From contig CAWJDT010000001.1 in the NCBI GenBank assembly GCA_963841735.1, positions 1,536,001 through 1,600,000 of the forward strand: 64,000 nt of DNA, read 5' to 3'. Both the position numbers and the translations under genes were made by a program. The notes under the pieces are model-generated. The model worked only from the letters and a program-made list of their open reading frames with translations. It had not been told where the DNA came from and ran no database searches. Source of the stretch: an uncultured Actinomycetes bacterium. GTDB taxonomy: Bacteria; Actinomycetota; Thermoleophilia; RBG-16-64-13. Shown here piece by piece: positions 26,508 through 36,909 of the stretch (position 1 is the stretch's first letter; every line of letters begins with the position of its first letter).

Positions 26508-27071
26508 ATGAAGAAGCAAGCTCAGGTGCTGTTTCTTTGCGCGATTGTGTTTGTCGTCCTGCTCGCCGGCCTCCTCTTGGCCGGATGCGACAAGGGCCGC
26601 AGTTCTTCTCCGCCTGCTCCGGCGCCTGTCTCCGCGACGACAACGGCCGTGACCTGCCCTGAGGCCATCTACAGGGCTGCGAAGTGGGGAGAGCCGGTGA
26701 CCATCGAGGGGTTGGAGCGGATGACTGTAGAGGCCCCTCAGATCGATGCCGCTGCCACACCTGCGGAAGTGCCTGGGTTTCCCGGACGCGTAGTTGTGTG
26801 TTGTTCGATCACCATCGAGAATCTCGGGAGCCGGCCTCTCCACTACGATGAGTCATGTTTCCAGCTGAGTTCGCGAAACGAGACCTGGATAGGTGGGGGG
26901 GAGGGAATCAAACCATCCTCGGTTCCGGCGCTCGGCTCAGGAGAACTGCCACCAGGGGATGTCGTTCGGGGTGCGATCGCGTTCCAGTTCACCGAGGAGG
27001 CGGCGACCGTCGCCGGGCATCTCAGGTTCTACGACCTGCCATCTCTCACCGTGAGCATCGATTGGAACTAG
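26508..27071 (+). CDS. DUF4352-like lipoprotein
   Basis: Lipobox LAGC; ITIENLG..L.Y..FQL..LGSGELPPG..VRG.IAF. Confidence 0.8.
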   Translation: MKKQAQVLFLCAIVFVVLLAGLLLAGCDKGRSSSPPAPAPVSATTTAVTCPEAIYRAAKWGEPVTIEGLERMTVEAPQIDAAATPAEVPGFPGRVVVCCSITIENLGSRPLHYDESCFQLSSRNETWIGGGEGIKPSSVPALGSGELPPGDVVRGAIAFQFTEEAATVAGHLRFYDLPSLTVSIDWN

Positions 27072-27087
27072 TCGGGCACTTCTGCGG

Positions 27088-27111
27088 TCACCCCACCCTC
27101 TTCGGCATAGC
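27088..27111 (-). pseudogene. Last 8 codons of dnaE2 (fragment 1)
   Basis: CTTCTGCGG-TCACCCCACCCTCTTCGGCATAGC matches 42339-42371; AMPKRVG* versus AIPKKVG*. Confidence 0.8.
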
Positions 27112-27252
27112 TATCGTGACCCTCCCAAGGGCAACGAGGTTCTCCATGCCCTCGGTCTTCATGCGCAGACAGCAGGGCCTGATTTCAATAGACGCAGGGC
27201 ATGCGTACTCCTGGGAGCGGTACTCCTCGTCGGCGCGCTCGCGACGCTTGCA

Positions 27253-27543
27253 GTGACAGCGGCTGTATCCCGGTCCTTCTGGTCGATATGGGGCCCGATG
27301 CTTGCAGGGATCGCGCTTGCTGCAGGGGGTGGGTTCTTCTTGTTGGTGGGGAGCGGTCGCCAGGTATCCAGTGCAGCTTATTCGAGCGGCGGCTTGGGAG
27401 CCCTACTCATCGGGTTGGTCCTGACGTTTCTGGGGAGCGTTGAGAGTGGTCCGCCTATGCTGGTTCCTGGAATTGTGCTTTGTCTGGTTGGCATTTCACT
27501 AGCCGCGAGATCCCGGAAACGCGACGACTTTACTCAAGAGTAG
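27253..27543 (+). CDS. Small membrane protein
   Basis: 96 aa with three hydrophobic segments. Confidence 0.5.
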   Translation: MTAAVSRSFWSIWGPMLAGIALAAGGGFFLLVGSGRQVSSAAYSSGGLGALLIGLVLTFLGSVESGPPMLVPGIVLCLVGISLAARSRKRDDFTQE

Positions 27544-27584
27544 CGGGACTACCCTTCGGCAGCGCCCGTGCTTCCGGGTCAAGA

Positions 27585-27695
27585 TCTGGCGCCGTTTCGA
27601 CTGGGGCTTAGCCACGCACGCGAGTGAGTCTTGGCCCATTCTCAGCGGCCCCCCGGCCTTTCTTCTTGTGCCGCACCGCTCCCGATGCTATAAGG
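27585..27695 (+). repeat. Second copy of the promoter-bearing intergenic repeat
   Basis: See 26350-26461; -35 at 27666, -10 at 27689. Confidence 0.85.
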
Positions 27696-27696
27696 A

Positions 27697-28458
27697 AAGG
27701 TCATCTTCGCCACCCATTCTCCACTGTTCGTTGACCTGGAAGTCTTCGATTCCGTTCGGTACATACGAAAGGAAGCCGATACGGACGGCGGCCCTCCCTG
27801 CTGCCACGTGAATGCGTGCCGGCTAGAGAGCGCTGCCGAGGAAATGGAGCGGCTCTGTGGGCGCCCACGTGGCGAATTCACGGCGAGATCCTTCAAAGCT
27901 CATGCGGCCCCCGTCATGAACGACATTGTGAATGAAGGCTTCTTTGCTGACGCGGTAGTGGTGGTTGAGGGTTTGTCGGAGGTGGGGGTTCTGTGGGCGC
28001 TGCAGCAGGAACTTGGTGAGAAGTGGCTGGAGCGGTCCATTGTTGTGGTGCCGGCTGGTGGCAAGAACAGTATTGATAGGCCCGTGGTGATATTCCGCGG
28101 CCTGGGAATCCCCACGTACTTCATCTTCGATGCCGACAGAGGTCAGAAGCCTGATGTCAACGAGCGCTACCTGCGCATGGCTGGAGAGACGCCAACTCCT
28201 GCTCCCTCAACAGCAGTCGGGCGCAATTACGCGGTCTTTCAAGACAAGATAGAGACTGAGTTGCGACAGGCACTCGGAGAGCCGCTATTCGAATCGCTGG
28301 GACAATCGGTCGCGTCAGAACTGGGCTATGCAGGCACGAGTGACCTTCTGAAGAACCTGGATGGCGCGGCCGTGTTCGTGTCCCGGGCCTATCGCGACGG
28401 GTCTTCAATTCCAGTCCTCGAGGAAGTCGTGCGCGCAATAACTAGGCTAGTTACTTGA
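27697..28458 (+). pseudogene. 3' half of an OLD-family ATP-dependent nuclease (TOPRIM domain)
   Basis: Begins at KVIFATHSP (ABC H-loop), then EGFFAD.VVVVEG.SE, GGK, IFDAD. Walker A/B motifs are missing. Confidence 0.85.
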
Positions 28459-28493
28459 GACGAGCGCACCAGCAATGTTTCGAACGACCTTTC

Positions 28494-28674
28494 GACGCTT
28501 CGCCGCTAGGACGCGATGCGCGGGGTGAGTCAAGGGGCCAGGGAGCGTTCGTAGCAGCGCTGCGGGCGCGACTGAGGACGAGGGATCGCACCGCCGCGCG
28601 GACTCGGGGGCGAAGACTTCGTTTCGACACGATCTCAGACGTGGGGGAGCTCGTAGCTCATGCGCACTCCCATG
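28494..28674. mobile_element. Left-truncated palindromic element followed by a ~30-bp dnaE2 piece (fragment 2)
   Basis: Aligns with 29860-30004; right end CGACACGATCTC; then GGGGAGCTCGTAGCTCATGCGCACTCCCAT (MGVRMSYELP on the minus strand). Confidence 0.85.
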
Positions 28675-28777
28675 TGTCGCCGGACATCCGGTCTGAGACG
28701 GCGCGCCAAGCTGCTACCAAAGGCCGAGTCCGGTCGTAAGATCCGTGGCTAGCCTGAGAGTATGGCACCGAGAGCTG

Positions 28778-28796
28778 ATAACTATGATGTTATAAT
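28778..28796 (+). promoter_or_regulatory. Operator overlapping the -10 box of higBA
   Basis: ATAAC-N6-GTTAT overlapping TATAAT. Confidence 0.55.
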
Positions 28797-29151
28797 GAGC
28801 AATGAGGACAGGTGGCGGGTCGAGCTGTTCACTACGGCAGCAGGGCGGTGTCCGGTGCAGGAGTACATCGATGAACTGTCCAGTCAGGAAGCGGATAGGG
28901 TCACTCACGTCCTGGAGCTGCTCCGAGAAGCTGGGACCCAGTTGCAGGCGCCGCATGCCCGAAGTCTTGGTGACAAGCTCTGGGAGCTGCGAGTTGTCGG
29001 TTGCCTGCAACATCGCATCCTCTACTTCGCAGGGTCGGGTCGGCGACTGATACTCGTGAACGCGTTCGCGAAGAAGACAAGATGGACCCCTCGGAGGGAG
29101 ATCGAGACAGCCAGAAGGCGGATGACCGAACTCGAAAGGCGGGCTGACTGA
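28795..29151 (+). CDS. higB: RelE/HigB (Gp49-like) toxin
   Basis: GRCPVQEYIDEL, PHARSLGDKLWELRV, RILYF, AFAKKT..TP..EIE.A..RM. Confidence 0.9.
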   Translation: MSNEDRWRVELFTTAAGRCPVQEYIDELSSQEADRVTHVLELLREAGTQLQAPHARSLGDKLWELRVVGCLQHRILYFAGSGRRLILVNAFAKKTRWTPRREIETARRRMTELERRAD

Positions 29152-29477
29152 TGGACGACTTGGACCGTTACATAGCCGAGCGCGAAGCGCGTGACCCAGA
29201 GTTCAAAGCTGCTCGGGAGGAGTCACGGGCGCAGTTCGAGTTCCAGCGGACTCTCGTCATGTATCGGATCGAAGCCGGTATCACCCAGCGGGAGATGGCA
29301 AAGCGGCTTGGGGTCAAACAACCCGCCTTGGCTCGCTGGGAGGCAGGGGAGACCATGCCGACACTGGAGACGCTGTTCCGAGTGGCGAAGGCGCTGCAGT
29401 TGGACTTCACCGTGACCCCCGAGTCGCCTCTTCTTGTGACGCCGCACCGGGTGCAAAAAGCGGTGGCTACCGGGTAG
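29151..29477 (+). CDS. higA: XRE HTH antitoxin (HigA-like)
   Basis: DPEF..RIEAGITQREMAKRLGVKQPALARWEAG..PTLETL; TGATG coupling. Confidence 0.9.
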   Translation: MDDLDRYIAEREARDPEFKAAREESRAQFEFQRTLVMYRIEAGITQREMAKRLGVKQPALARWEAGETMPTLETLFRVAKALQLDFTVTPESPLLVTPHRVQKAVATG

Positions 29478-29487
29478 GCACTCGTCG

Positions 29488-30385
29488 CTATCCCACCTTC
29501 TTCGGAATAGCCCGCGTCCCCGCTCCCGGAGCGACGACCTCGGGCGTCGCGCCTTGCCCCCCGGCCTTCCTCCTCCCCAACACCTCCTCCAGATCCAGCA
29601 CCTCCTCGGCCACGATAGCCAACCCCCGTCTATGATTGTTCTGCAGCCTTCCCCTAACCAGGAAGTAGCTGGCCCGGGCCACCACCGGGGCGATCTTGGA
29701 GAGCTTGCTCTCGAAGCACACGCACTCGTAGAGGCCGTAGGCGTCCTCTAGGGTGAGGAACATCGTCCTTTTCCCCGAGCGCATCCAGGGGTTCTGGGCC
29801 CGTTCGTAGACGCCGGCCACCGTCACCGGCACCTCGTCTCCCAGAGCTCGTGTCGGAATGACGCTTCGCCGTCAGGTCGCGATCGGCGCGGGTGAGGCAA
29901 GGACGCAGGGAGCGTTCGTAGCAGAGCTACGGGCGCGACTGAGGACGATGGATCGCACCGCCTAGCGCGAACTGGGGGCCAAGGCTTCGTTTCGACACGA
30001 GCTCAAAGCTGGGCAGCTCGTAGCTCATGCGCACACCCATGCGGCGGAGTTCTTCTTCGTAGAGGGCCAGGGGATGACAGTCACAGTGAGCCCCAGCAGT
30101 TCGAGCTCGGAGCGGACCTTGTCCTCCAGGCTCCAGCGGCGCTCCAGTCCCGCGCGGCTGGGCGGGGAAAAGAATGCCCGCAGTTGGCCGCGCCTCCCTC
30201 CGGACGACCCGGCCAGCGCCTCCAGGCGATCGTGAAGAAGTGGCAGTCTCCAGAGCAGTTCGGTGCGGTCGGGCTCCAGGGAGTCGAAGGCCCCCACCCG
30301 GATGAGGTTCTCGGCCACGGTGCAGTCGAGGCGGGTGCGCAGGTAGAAGTCCTCGAAGGATGTGAAGGGGCCGTGGCGGCGCTCC
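29488..30385 (-). pseudogene. dnaE2 3' fragment 3, with the palindromic insertion and a frameshift
   Basis: ERRHGPFTSFEDFY..MFLTLEDAYG..AIPKKVG*; corresponds to 42348-43080 but with a different C-terminal allele. Confidence 0.95.
29844..30004. mobile_element. 161-bp palindromic element
   Basis: Terminal inverted repeats GAGCTCGTGTCG / CGACACGAGCTC; absent at the same site in the 33299-33866 piece and in the full gene. Confidence 0.88.
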
Positions 30386-30418
30386 AGGACGCCTCCAGCG
30401 AGACTGGCGGAGCGGAAG

Positions 30419-30512
30419 TTGACAGGCGCAGATCGTACTTGATAGGCTGCAATGTGATGCACCAATCGTAACGTCGGATGGGTTGGGACCCATCGGGGGG
30501 GTGACGAATTGG
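30419..30512 (+). promoter_or_regulatory. Promoter and conserved structured leader (copy 1)
   Basis: TTGACA-N18-TAGGCT; ~50-nt nested hairpin almost identical to 33944-33994. Confidence 0.55.
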
Positions 30513-30722
30513 GCGCTTACATATCTCAGTCAAACCTCAGCTCCTTTGTCTGCGGGCTGCGCCCCGCCCTCACTCCCCCAGATCACGTCGCGCCGGTCAT
30601 GGAAGCCCGGCCGAAAACGCGCATGGTGATGGCCGATGGTCCCGAAGGGAGGGTCGCCGCAACAACGTAGGTGCCCATTCCAGCAAGGGGAAGCGTTCCA
30701 AGATCAACAAGGGGGTAAGCGC

Positions 30723-30897
30723 ATGTGGAAACGTCGAATAACGTTCAGCTTCGTGGTCCTCGCTCTGCTGCTCTTCTGTACGGCAGTCTTCCTGGTCACC
30801 CGGTCCGAAGCGGCAGCCACTTCCACGGAGTACCAACAAGCGCAGAGCGTGCAGGGAACCAGCGAGCGTGAACCGGCCGCACCGCAAGCAGCGCGGG
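30723..30897 (+). pseudogene. 5' stub of a secreted protein paralogous to the 34184 gene, cut by IS21
   Basis: RRITFSFVVLALLLFCTAVFL..RSEAAAT..EPA..QAARV versus RRRTFSFIVVALLLFCTAVLL..RSEAAAT..EPA..QAARV. Confidence 0.85.
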
Positions 30898-31014
30898 TAC
30901 GATAACCTAATAGTTGACCACTTGGAGGCCGTTCGTTCATCGAAAAGTTGACCACCTTCAAGACAAGTCCTGTACCGTCGTCGCCCGAAGCGATGACGGA
31001 CAGGGGGAAGGCAT

Positions 31015-32476
31015 GTGCTGAAGATGGTCGACGTGGAGTTCATCAAGAAGAAGCACGTAATCGAGGGCTGGCCGATCCGCAAGATCGCCCGGCAGCTCGA
31101 AGTCTCGCGCCAGACGGTGCGAAAGGTTCTGGCCTCCCCGGCCGAGCCACCCCGCTATCAGCAGCACCTGCCTCGTTCGCAACCGGTCATGGGCCCATAT
31201 CTCCCCGTCATCGAACGCTGGCTCAAGGAAGACGAGACCGCGCCCCGCAAACAGCGTCACACCGCCAATCGCGTCTACGACCGCCTGGTGTCGGAATACG
31301 ACTTCCCCGGATCTGAAGTGACCGTGCGCCGGGCGGTGCGTGCCCTGCGGGGCCGGCGTGTGGAGATGTTCGTGCCCTTAGAAGCGGTACCGGGCAAGGT
31401 GGCCCAAGCCGACTTCGGTCAAGCCCACGTGCTGGTCGCCGACGCCGTGCAGAAGGTCTTCATCTTCTGCCTGCGGGCCAAACACTCCAAGGTGCCCTTC
31501 GCCATGGCTTACCCCACCGAGAAGCTGGAAGCCTTCCTGGATGGTCACGTCCGGGGTCTTGAGTTCCTGGGCGGCACCTTCCATGAGATCTGGTATGACA
31601 ACCCCAAGACCGTCGTCACCAAGATCCTTTCTGGGCCGGAGAGAGTCGAGCACGAACACTTCAGCCGCCTGCGGGCCCACTACCTGTTCGATAGCTCCTT
31701 CTGCACCCCCGGAGAGGCTCACGAGAAGGGCTCGGTGGAGAACCTGGTCGGATACGTGCGCAGAAACGCGCTGGTGCCTGCCTCAAAGCCCTTTGCCAGC
31801 CTCGAGGCCCTGAACGCTCACCTGCGCGCCTTCTGCGAGCGGGAACGGGACCGTCATGCTGACGCGTGGGCACTGGAAGAGTCTGCTCTCGGGCCTTTGC
31901 CCCTTCACCCCTTCCGGGCCGCCACCTCCCGGCCGGTCTCGGTCTCTAAGACCGCGCTGGTCCGCATCGACCACAACCGCTACTCGGTGCCGGCCGTTCA
32001 TGCCGGCCGTCTCTTGCGGGCTGAGGTCTACGCAGATAAGGTTGAGATCCATGCCGACGCCACGCTCGTGGCCACCCATCTCCGCAGCTACCGTCGCGAC
32101 CAGAGCTTCCTGGATCTGGCCCACTATCTGCCTGCCTTTGCGAGAAAGCCTCGGGCGGCCGGCTGCTGCGCCGCCCTTCATCAGGCCGATCCGGTGTTCT
32201 TGCGCGCCCGGGACCGTCTGCTCGCCGATCCCGGTGGATACCGGGTCTTTGCCGAGATTCTCATGCTGGGGCTGCGCTTCGATCTTGAGATCCTGGCCGA
32301 AGCCCTGGGCGAGTGCTCTAGCCTCCGGGAGACTCTCGGTCGAGGGTGTCCGCCAGCATTGTCTTAACCTCACCCACCCGGCGCCGCAGCATGTGGAGGT
32401 GCCTGAGTTCTTGGCTCTGCGCCTTCCCCGGCCGGATCTTTCTCGCTACGACGCCTTGGCGGCGGTGGCCCGATGA
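31015..32476 (+). CDS. istA: IS21 transposase IstA, frameshifted near 32316
   Basis: HTH IRKIARQL.VSRQTVRK, AQADFG, WYDNPK, EKGSVEN.VGYVR. The C-terminus LASGRLS..PDLSRYDAL is in another frame and ends overlapping istB. Confidence 0.92.
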
Positions 32477-33240
32477 ACTCAGAGGTCGTCGCGGCCCAGG
32501 TCAAGCTCTTCACCCAGGAGCTGAAGATGCCGGGGCTGCGCACTCATTTCGAGGAGATCGCCCGAGAAGCAAGAGGCACCGGGGAATCCCACGAGGCCTA
32601 TCTGGTTGCCTGTCTGCGGGCCGAGATCGAGTCCCGGCGAGAGCACCGGCTGCAAGATCGCCTGAAACAAGCCCGCTTCCCCCACCGAAAGACGCTCGAT
32701 GAGTTCGACTTCACCCTGGTGCCGTCGGTCTCCAAGGAAGAGGTTCTCAGCCTCGGGCAGGGTGAGTTCGTGCGCGCCCGGGAGAACGTCATCCTCCTGG
32801 GGGCCAGCGGCACCGGCAAGACCCATCTCGCCCAGGCCATCGGACACGCCGCCATCTACGCCGGCGCTCGGGTCCGCTTTACGAGCGCGGTCGCGCTGGC
32901 CCAAGAACTACTCGCGGCTCAGGATGAGCATCGTCTACCACGCTACCTAAAGAGCTGGCAGAAGAGCGACCTTGCCATCGTCGATGAACTCGGATATCTG
33001 GCACTCGGGCCGGGAGGCCCCTTGCTCTTCCAGTTCTTCGCCGAGCGCTACGAGAAAGGCTCGGTGCTCGTGACCTCCAACCTGGAGTTCTCCCGCTGGA
33101 GCGAGGTCTTCGGTGATCCGGTGCTCACCGCGGCTCTTCTTGATCGCCTCACCCACCACAGCCACATCCTGGTGTTCGAAGGGGAGTCCTACCGGTTCAG
33201 GGAGAGCCAGAAGCAGAAGACGAGATCTCAGGCGAAGTGA
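32473..33240 (+). CDS. istB: IS21 helper ATPase IstB
   Basis: GASGTGKTHLA, IVDELGY, TSNLEFSRW, ALLDRLTHH, GESYR. Confidence 0.96.
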   Translation: MNSEVVAAQVKLFTQELKMPGLRTHFEEIAREARGTGESHEAYLVACLRAEIESRREHRLQDRLKQARFPHRKTLDEFDFTLVPSVSKEEVLSLGQGEFVRARENVILLGASGTGKTHLAQAIGHAAIYAGARVRFTSAVALAQELLAAQDEHRLPRYLKSWQKSDLAIVDELGYLALGPGGPLLFQFFAERYEKGSVLVTSNLEFSRWSEVFGDPVLTAALLDRLTHHSHILVFEGESYRFRESQKQKTRSQAK

Positions 33241-33298
33241 CCGGGGTGGTCAACTATTCGATGATCGAGGTGGTCAACTTTTCGGTTGACGAACACAC

Positions 33299-33866
33299 AC
33301 CAGGAAGTAGCTGGCCTGGGCCACCACCGGGGCGATCTTGGCGAGCTTGCTCTCGAAGCACACGCACTCGTAGAGGCCGTAGGCGTCTTCTAGGGTGAGG
33401 AACATCGTCCTTTTCCCCGAGCGCATCCAGGGGTTCTGGGCCCGTTCATAGACGCCGGCCACCGTAACCGGCACCTCGTCGCCCATACTGGGGAGTTCGT
33501 AGCTCATGCGCACGCCCATGCGGCGGAGTTCCTCCTCATATAGAGAGAGGGGATGGCAGGCAACCGTGAGTCCCAGGAGTTCGAGTTCGGAGCGGACCTT
33601 GTCTTCCAGGCTCCAGCGGCGCTCCAGGCCCGCGCGGCTGGGCGGGGAAAAAAACGCCCGCAGTTGGCCGCGCCTCCCTCCGGACGACCCGGCCAGTGCC
33701 TCCAGACGATCATGAAGAAGTGGCAGTCTCCAGAGCAGTTCGGTGCGGTCGGGCTCCAGGGAGTCGAAGGCTCCCACCCGGATGAGGTTCTCGGCCACGG
33801 GGCAGTCGATGCGGGTGCGCAGGTAGAAGTCCTCGAAGCTGGTGAAGGGGCCGTGGCGGCGCTCCT
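33299..33866 (-). pseudogene. dnaE2 fragment 4
   Basis: Matches ~42514-43081; same right breakpoint (..GGCGCTCC) as fragment 3. Confidence 0.95.
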
Positions 33867-33900
33867 AGACGGTTTGACCGCAGCCGCCTCGCCAGGAAGG

Positions 33901-33994
33901 TTGACAGGCACAAGCCGGGTCTGATAGCGTTCGACGCCTTGCACCAGTCGTAACGTCGGATGGGTTGGGACCCATCGGGGGGGTGACGAATTGG
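33901..33994 (+). promoter_or_regulatory. Promoter and conserved structured leader (copy 2)
   Basis: TTGACA-N18-TAGCGT; GATGGGT-TGGG-ACCCATC hairpin inside an outer TCGT.AC/GT.ACGA stem. Confidence 0.55.
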
Positions 33995-34183
33995 GTGGTC
34001 GCGGCCTCATACCTCAGTCTCACCTCAGCTCCTGTGTCTGCGGGCTACGTCCCGCCTTCACTCCCCCGGACTATGTCTCGTCGGTCGACGCGCATCGCGA
34101 CGGTTTCTGGTACTGAAGGGGGGCGCCCACAGCAACGTAGTTGCCCATTCCAGCAAGGGGAAGCGCTTCAAAGGGGTAGACGC

Positions 34184-36334
34184 ATGTCGAGACGTCGAAG
34201 AACGTTCAGCTTCATAGTTGTTGCCCTCTTGCTTTTCTGTACGGCAGTTCTCCTTGACAGCCGATCCGAAGCGGCCGCCACTATCGACGAGGTGCAGCCA
34301 ACGCACGACGCCCAGTGGATCACAGAGAGTGAACCTGCGGTGGTGCAGGCGGCAAGAGTTCGTGAGCTCTCGGAGCTGAGAACCGACAGGTCCAAGACCT
34401 TCGAGCTGGCTGATGGGCAAAGAGAATGGGTGGGCTACGGAGAGGCGGTTCACTACCGAGATGCGAGTGGCGCGTACCAGGACATCGACGACAGCATTGT
34501 GACTGATGCCAAGCAGATTGACGGAAGCAGCTATTCCTTTAGGAACGGAGCCAACGCCTTCACCGCTCGGTTCGGGGCGGATGCAGCCGATCCCCGGCTT
34601 ATCATGATTGAGTACCAGGGCGCTTCCATCGCCTTCGGTCCGGCTGGTGCGAAGGCCTCCGTCGCGACAGAGACGGCTGACGTCAAGAGCGAGGCCCTCG
34701 CCGACATGACCTACGGAGAGAACCTGGTCGGGTATCCAGAGGTCTACCCGGGAATCGATCTCTTCTACGAGCTCAAGACATACGGGGTCAAGGAATACCT
34801 CACGTTGCGGCACCAGACCACCTCAAACGAGTTCACTTTCAATCTGATTCTGAAAGGGCTCACCCCGAAAGAAGCCGATGGCCGCATCACCTTCGTGAAC
34901 GACCAGGGCGAGACTCTCTTCTGGTTGGGCGAGCCTGTGGCGGTGGACGAGGCCGGGGTGGCAACCAAGGATGTTGCCTACACGATCTCCGGCAAAGGAA
35001 GCGAGTACAAACTCACGGTCAAGGTGTCACAGACCTATCTCGATGACGCCGAACGCGTCTATCCGGTGATCGTGGATCCGGACTTCCTGATCACTGGGAA
35101 CGCCGATACCTATGACACATACGTGAGTTCGCGGTATCCCGATTCCATATACACGTACAACACCTACCTGAGGACTGGCAGGGACAGCGACTACTACACA
35201 AGAAGGACCTATCTCAGGTTCGACTTGAGCGATGCATACGGCATCGGGTCGGACAATGTCACGGGTGCCTACATCCGTCTGGAGAAGTACAGCGGAGCAA
35301 CCCCGGCGATAACCGCGTATCGCAATACCGGCAGTTGGTCTTCGGGGACAGTCACCTGGAACAATCGGCCATCCTATACCACCAGCGAATGCTCGACCAC
35401 TGCATACAACGATAGTGGCGCCTGGTGGCGCATGTACAACCTCACAGTGGTGAAGAAGTGGCTGAATGGGACATATCCCCAGTGGGGGTGGATGATCAAG
35501 GACGCCGCGGATTTGTCTGGAACGACCCAGTGGACCACCTTCTACGCCTGCGATGCCCCGTCGCCCCACAAGCCCGAGCTCCACATCCAGTACAACCTAA
35601 GTCCGATAGCCGCTGCTTTTGGCTACAACGTGGACGGGCCGGGACAAGATCCGAATCCTGACATCCACACTTGGTACGCAGCACAAGACGCGGCTTCTTG
35701 CATGGCGGGTGTGGGGTACAGCGCCCAGGCCTACAAGAACTACAGCGCCTACACTCTGTACAACAGCTTTGGCCCAGACGCAATCTGGTACTGGGCGTTT
35801 CACGGTGGCGTAGATGGGGGCTGGCTCACAGCAAAGAAGTGCGTAGACGATCCCCCGTACGTTGCGAATTAGGTGCAGTATCTTGAGGCATTGCCTAACC
35901 ACGCCAACACCCCGGGAGCTGATTCGAACACCAACGGAGCTCACTTCTATCTGAACAACCTGAATGCAGCTACGGCCACAAGGACTCTCTTGGCAGTCTT
36001 TCAAGGATGCTACACAGGACTGTACAGGGTCGGCCACAACGGCGACCGGAACTACAACTTGTGTGGTGTGGTGGTATTGAAGGGCGTCGATTGCTCCATC
36101 GGTTTCCAAGATGAGATAAGTGCAAAGGTGAATGACGACAACAACCCCACGCGGTATTGGGCCGACTGCTTCTTCAGTTCTCTAGCCGCCAATGACTTGG
36201 GAGTATCCGACGCCGCGGCATGGGCATCCTGGGCGTTTATTGATCACTATGGCGACTTCGGAGGGTATGACTCCTACATCATATTCGGCGACTACAATCT
36301 GAAGATCCTGCCGCAGCGCTACGGAGGGGGCTAG
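34184..36334 (+). CDS. Large secreted protein: WapA/Rhs-like N-terminal region, DNRLRE-like domain, caspase-fold-like C-terminus; interrupted by an in-frame TAG at 35870-35872
   Basis: Signal peptide; RT..SKTFE..DG, AVHY, YPVIVDP; DTYVSS.YP..RTYLRFDL..KPEL.I.Y; FHGG and FQGCYTG. The ORF at 35873 continues in the same frame with no RBS. Confidence 0.75.
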
Positions 36335-36405
36335 GCCGTCTTCCCGGTGGAGACCGAGCTTGATGGCAGTGTGATTGAGGGTACCGATAGCGATTGGAGA
36401 AGACG

Positions 36406-36873
36406 ATGAGGAGAACAAAGCTCAACATTCTGGTGGTTGCTCTTGCCGTCCTCTTGATTGGTGGCTTGGTCGCCGGTGTCATCCTAGCCAGGACAGCCGC
36501 CGTCGTTGCCCAGCCCGACCTCCTCGCGGTTGCCGGGAAGCAACTGCAGACGGCTCTGGGAATCCCGGAGCAGGTGGTAAGCGTTTCCACCTCTCAGAAC
36601 CCCGCGCTTCCGGGCACAGATACTGTTCTCCAATGGGATGGTGGCCGTGCCTGGGTCAATAGCGATACGGGTGCAATTGTGGGACTGCTTCAGGAGCGAA
36701 CGGAAGGCGACAACAAAGCCCCCTTCCTGGAAGACTCGCAACTGGCCGAAGCGGCAGCCAGCTTCCTCGCAAGTGTGGGGTGGGATGACATTGCTCTCGC
36801 TGCCGCTGGCTTCAGGGGCGGGCGTGGGCTCGACGGCATGGAGGTCAGACTCGGCAGTCGGCCGTTGTTGTAG
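36406..36873 (+). CDS. Membrane-anchored exported protein, possibly internally deleted
   Basis: GGAG RBS and N-terminal TM; the C-terminus looks abrupt. Confidence 0.55.
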   Translation: MRRTKLNILVVALAVLLIGGLVAGVILARTAAVVAQPDLLAVAGKQLQTALGIPEQVVSVSTSQNPALPGTDTVLQWDGGRAWVNSDTGAIVGLLQERTEGDNKAPFLEDSQLAEAAASFLASVGWDDIALAAAGFRGGRGLDGMEVRLGSRPLL

Positions 36874-36909
36874 GAAGCACCGCATCCTCTTGTTGCGAAG
36901 GGTGCACAA

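Larger units (their letters stand above)
30896..33295 (+). mobile_element. IS21-family insertion sequence
   Basis: istA-istB pair; repeated AGTTGACCAC subterminal boxes inverted at the two ends; right end ..GTTGACGAACA; left end reads GG instead of TG; no target-site duplication seen. Confidence 0.93.

Noticed and set aside
22061-27695. Classical integron with attC sites
   Set aside because: No tyrosine integrase in the window, and the repeats lack recognisable RYYYAAC/GTTRRRY ends.
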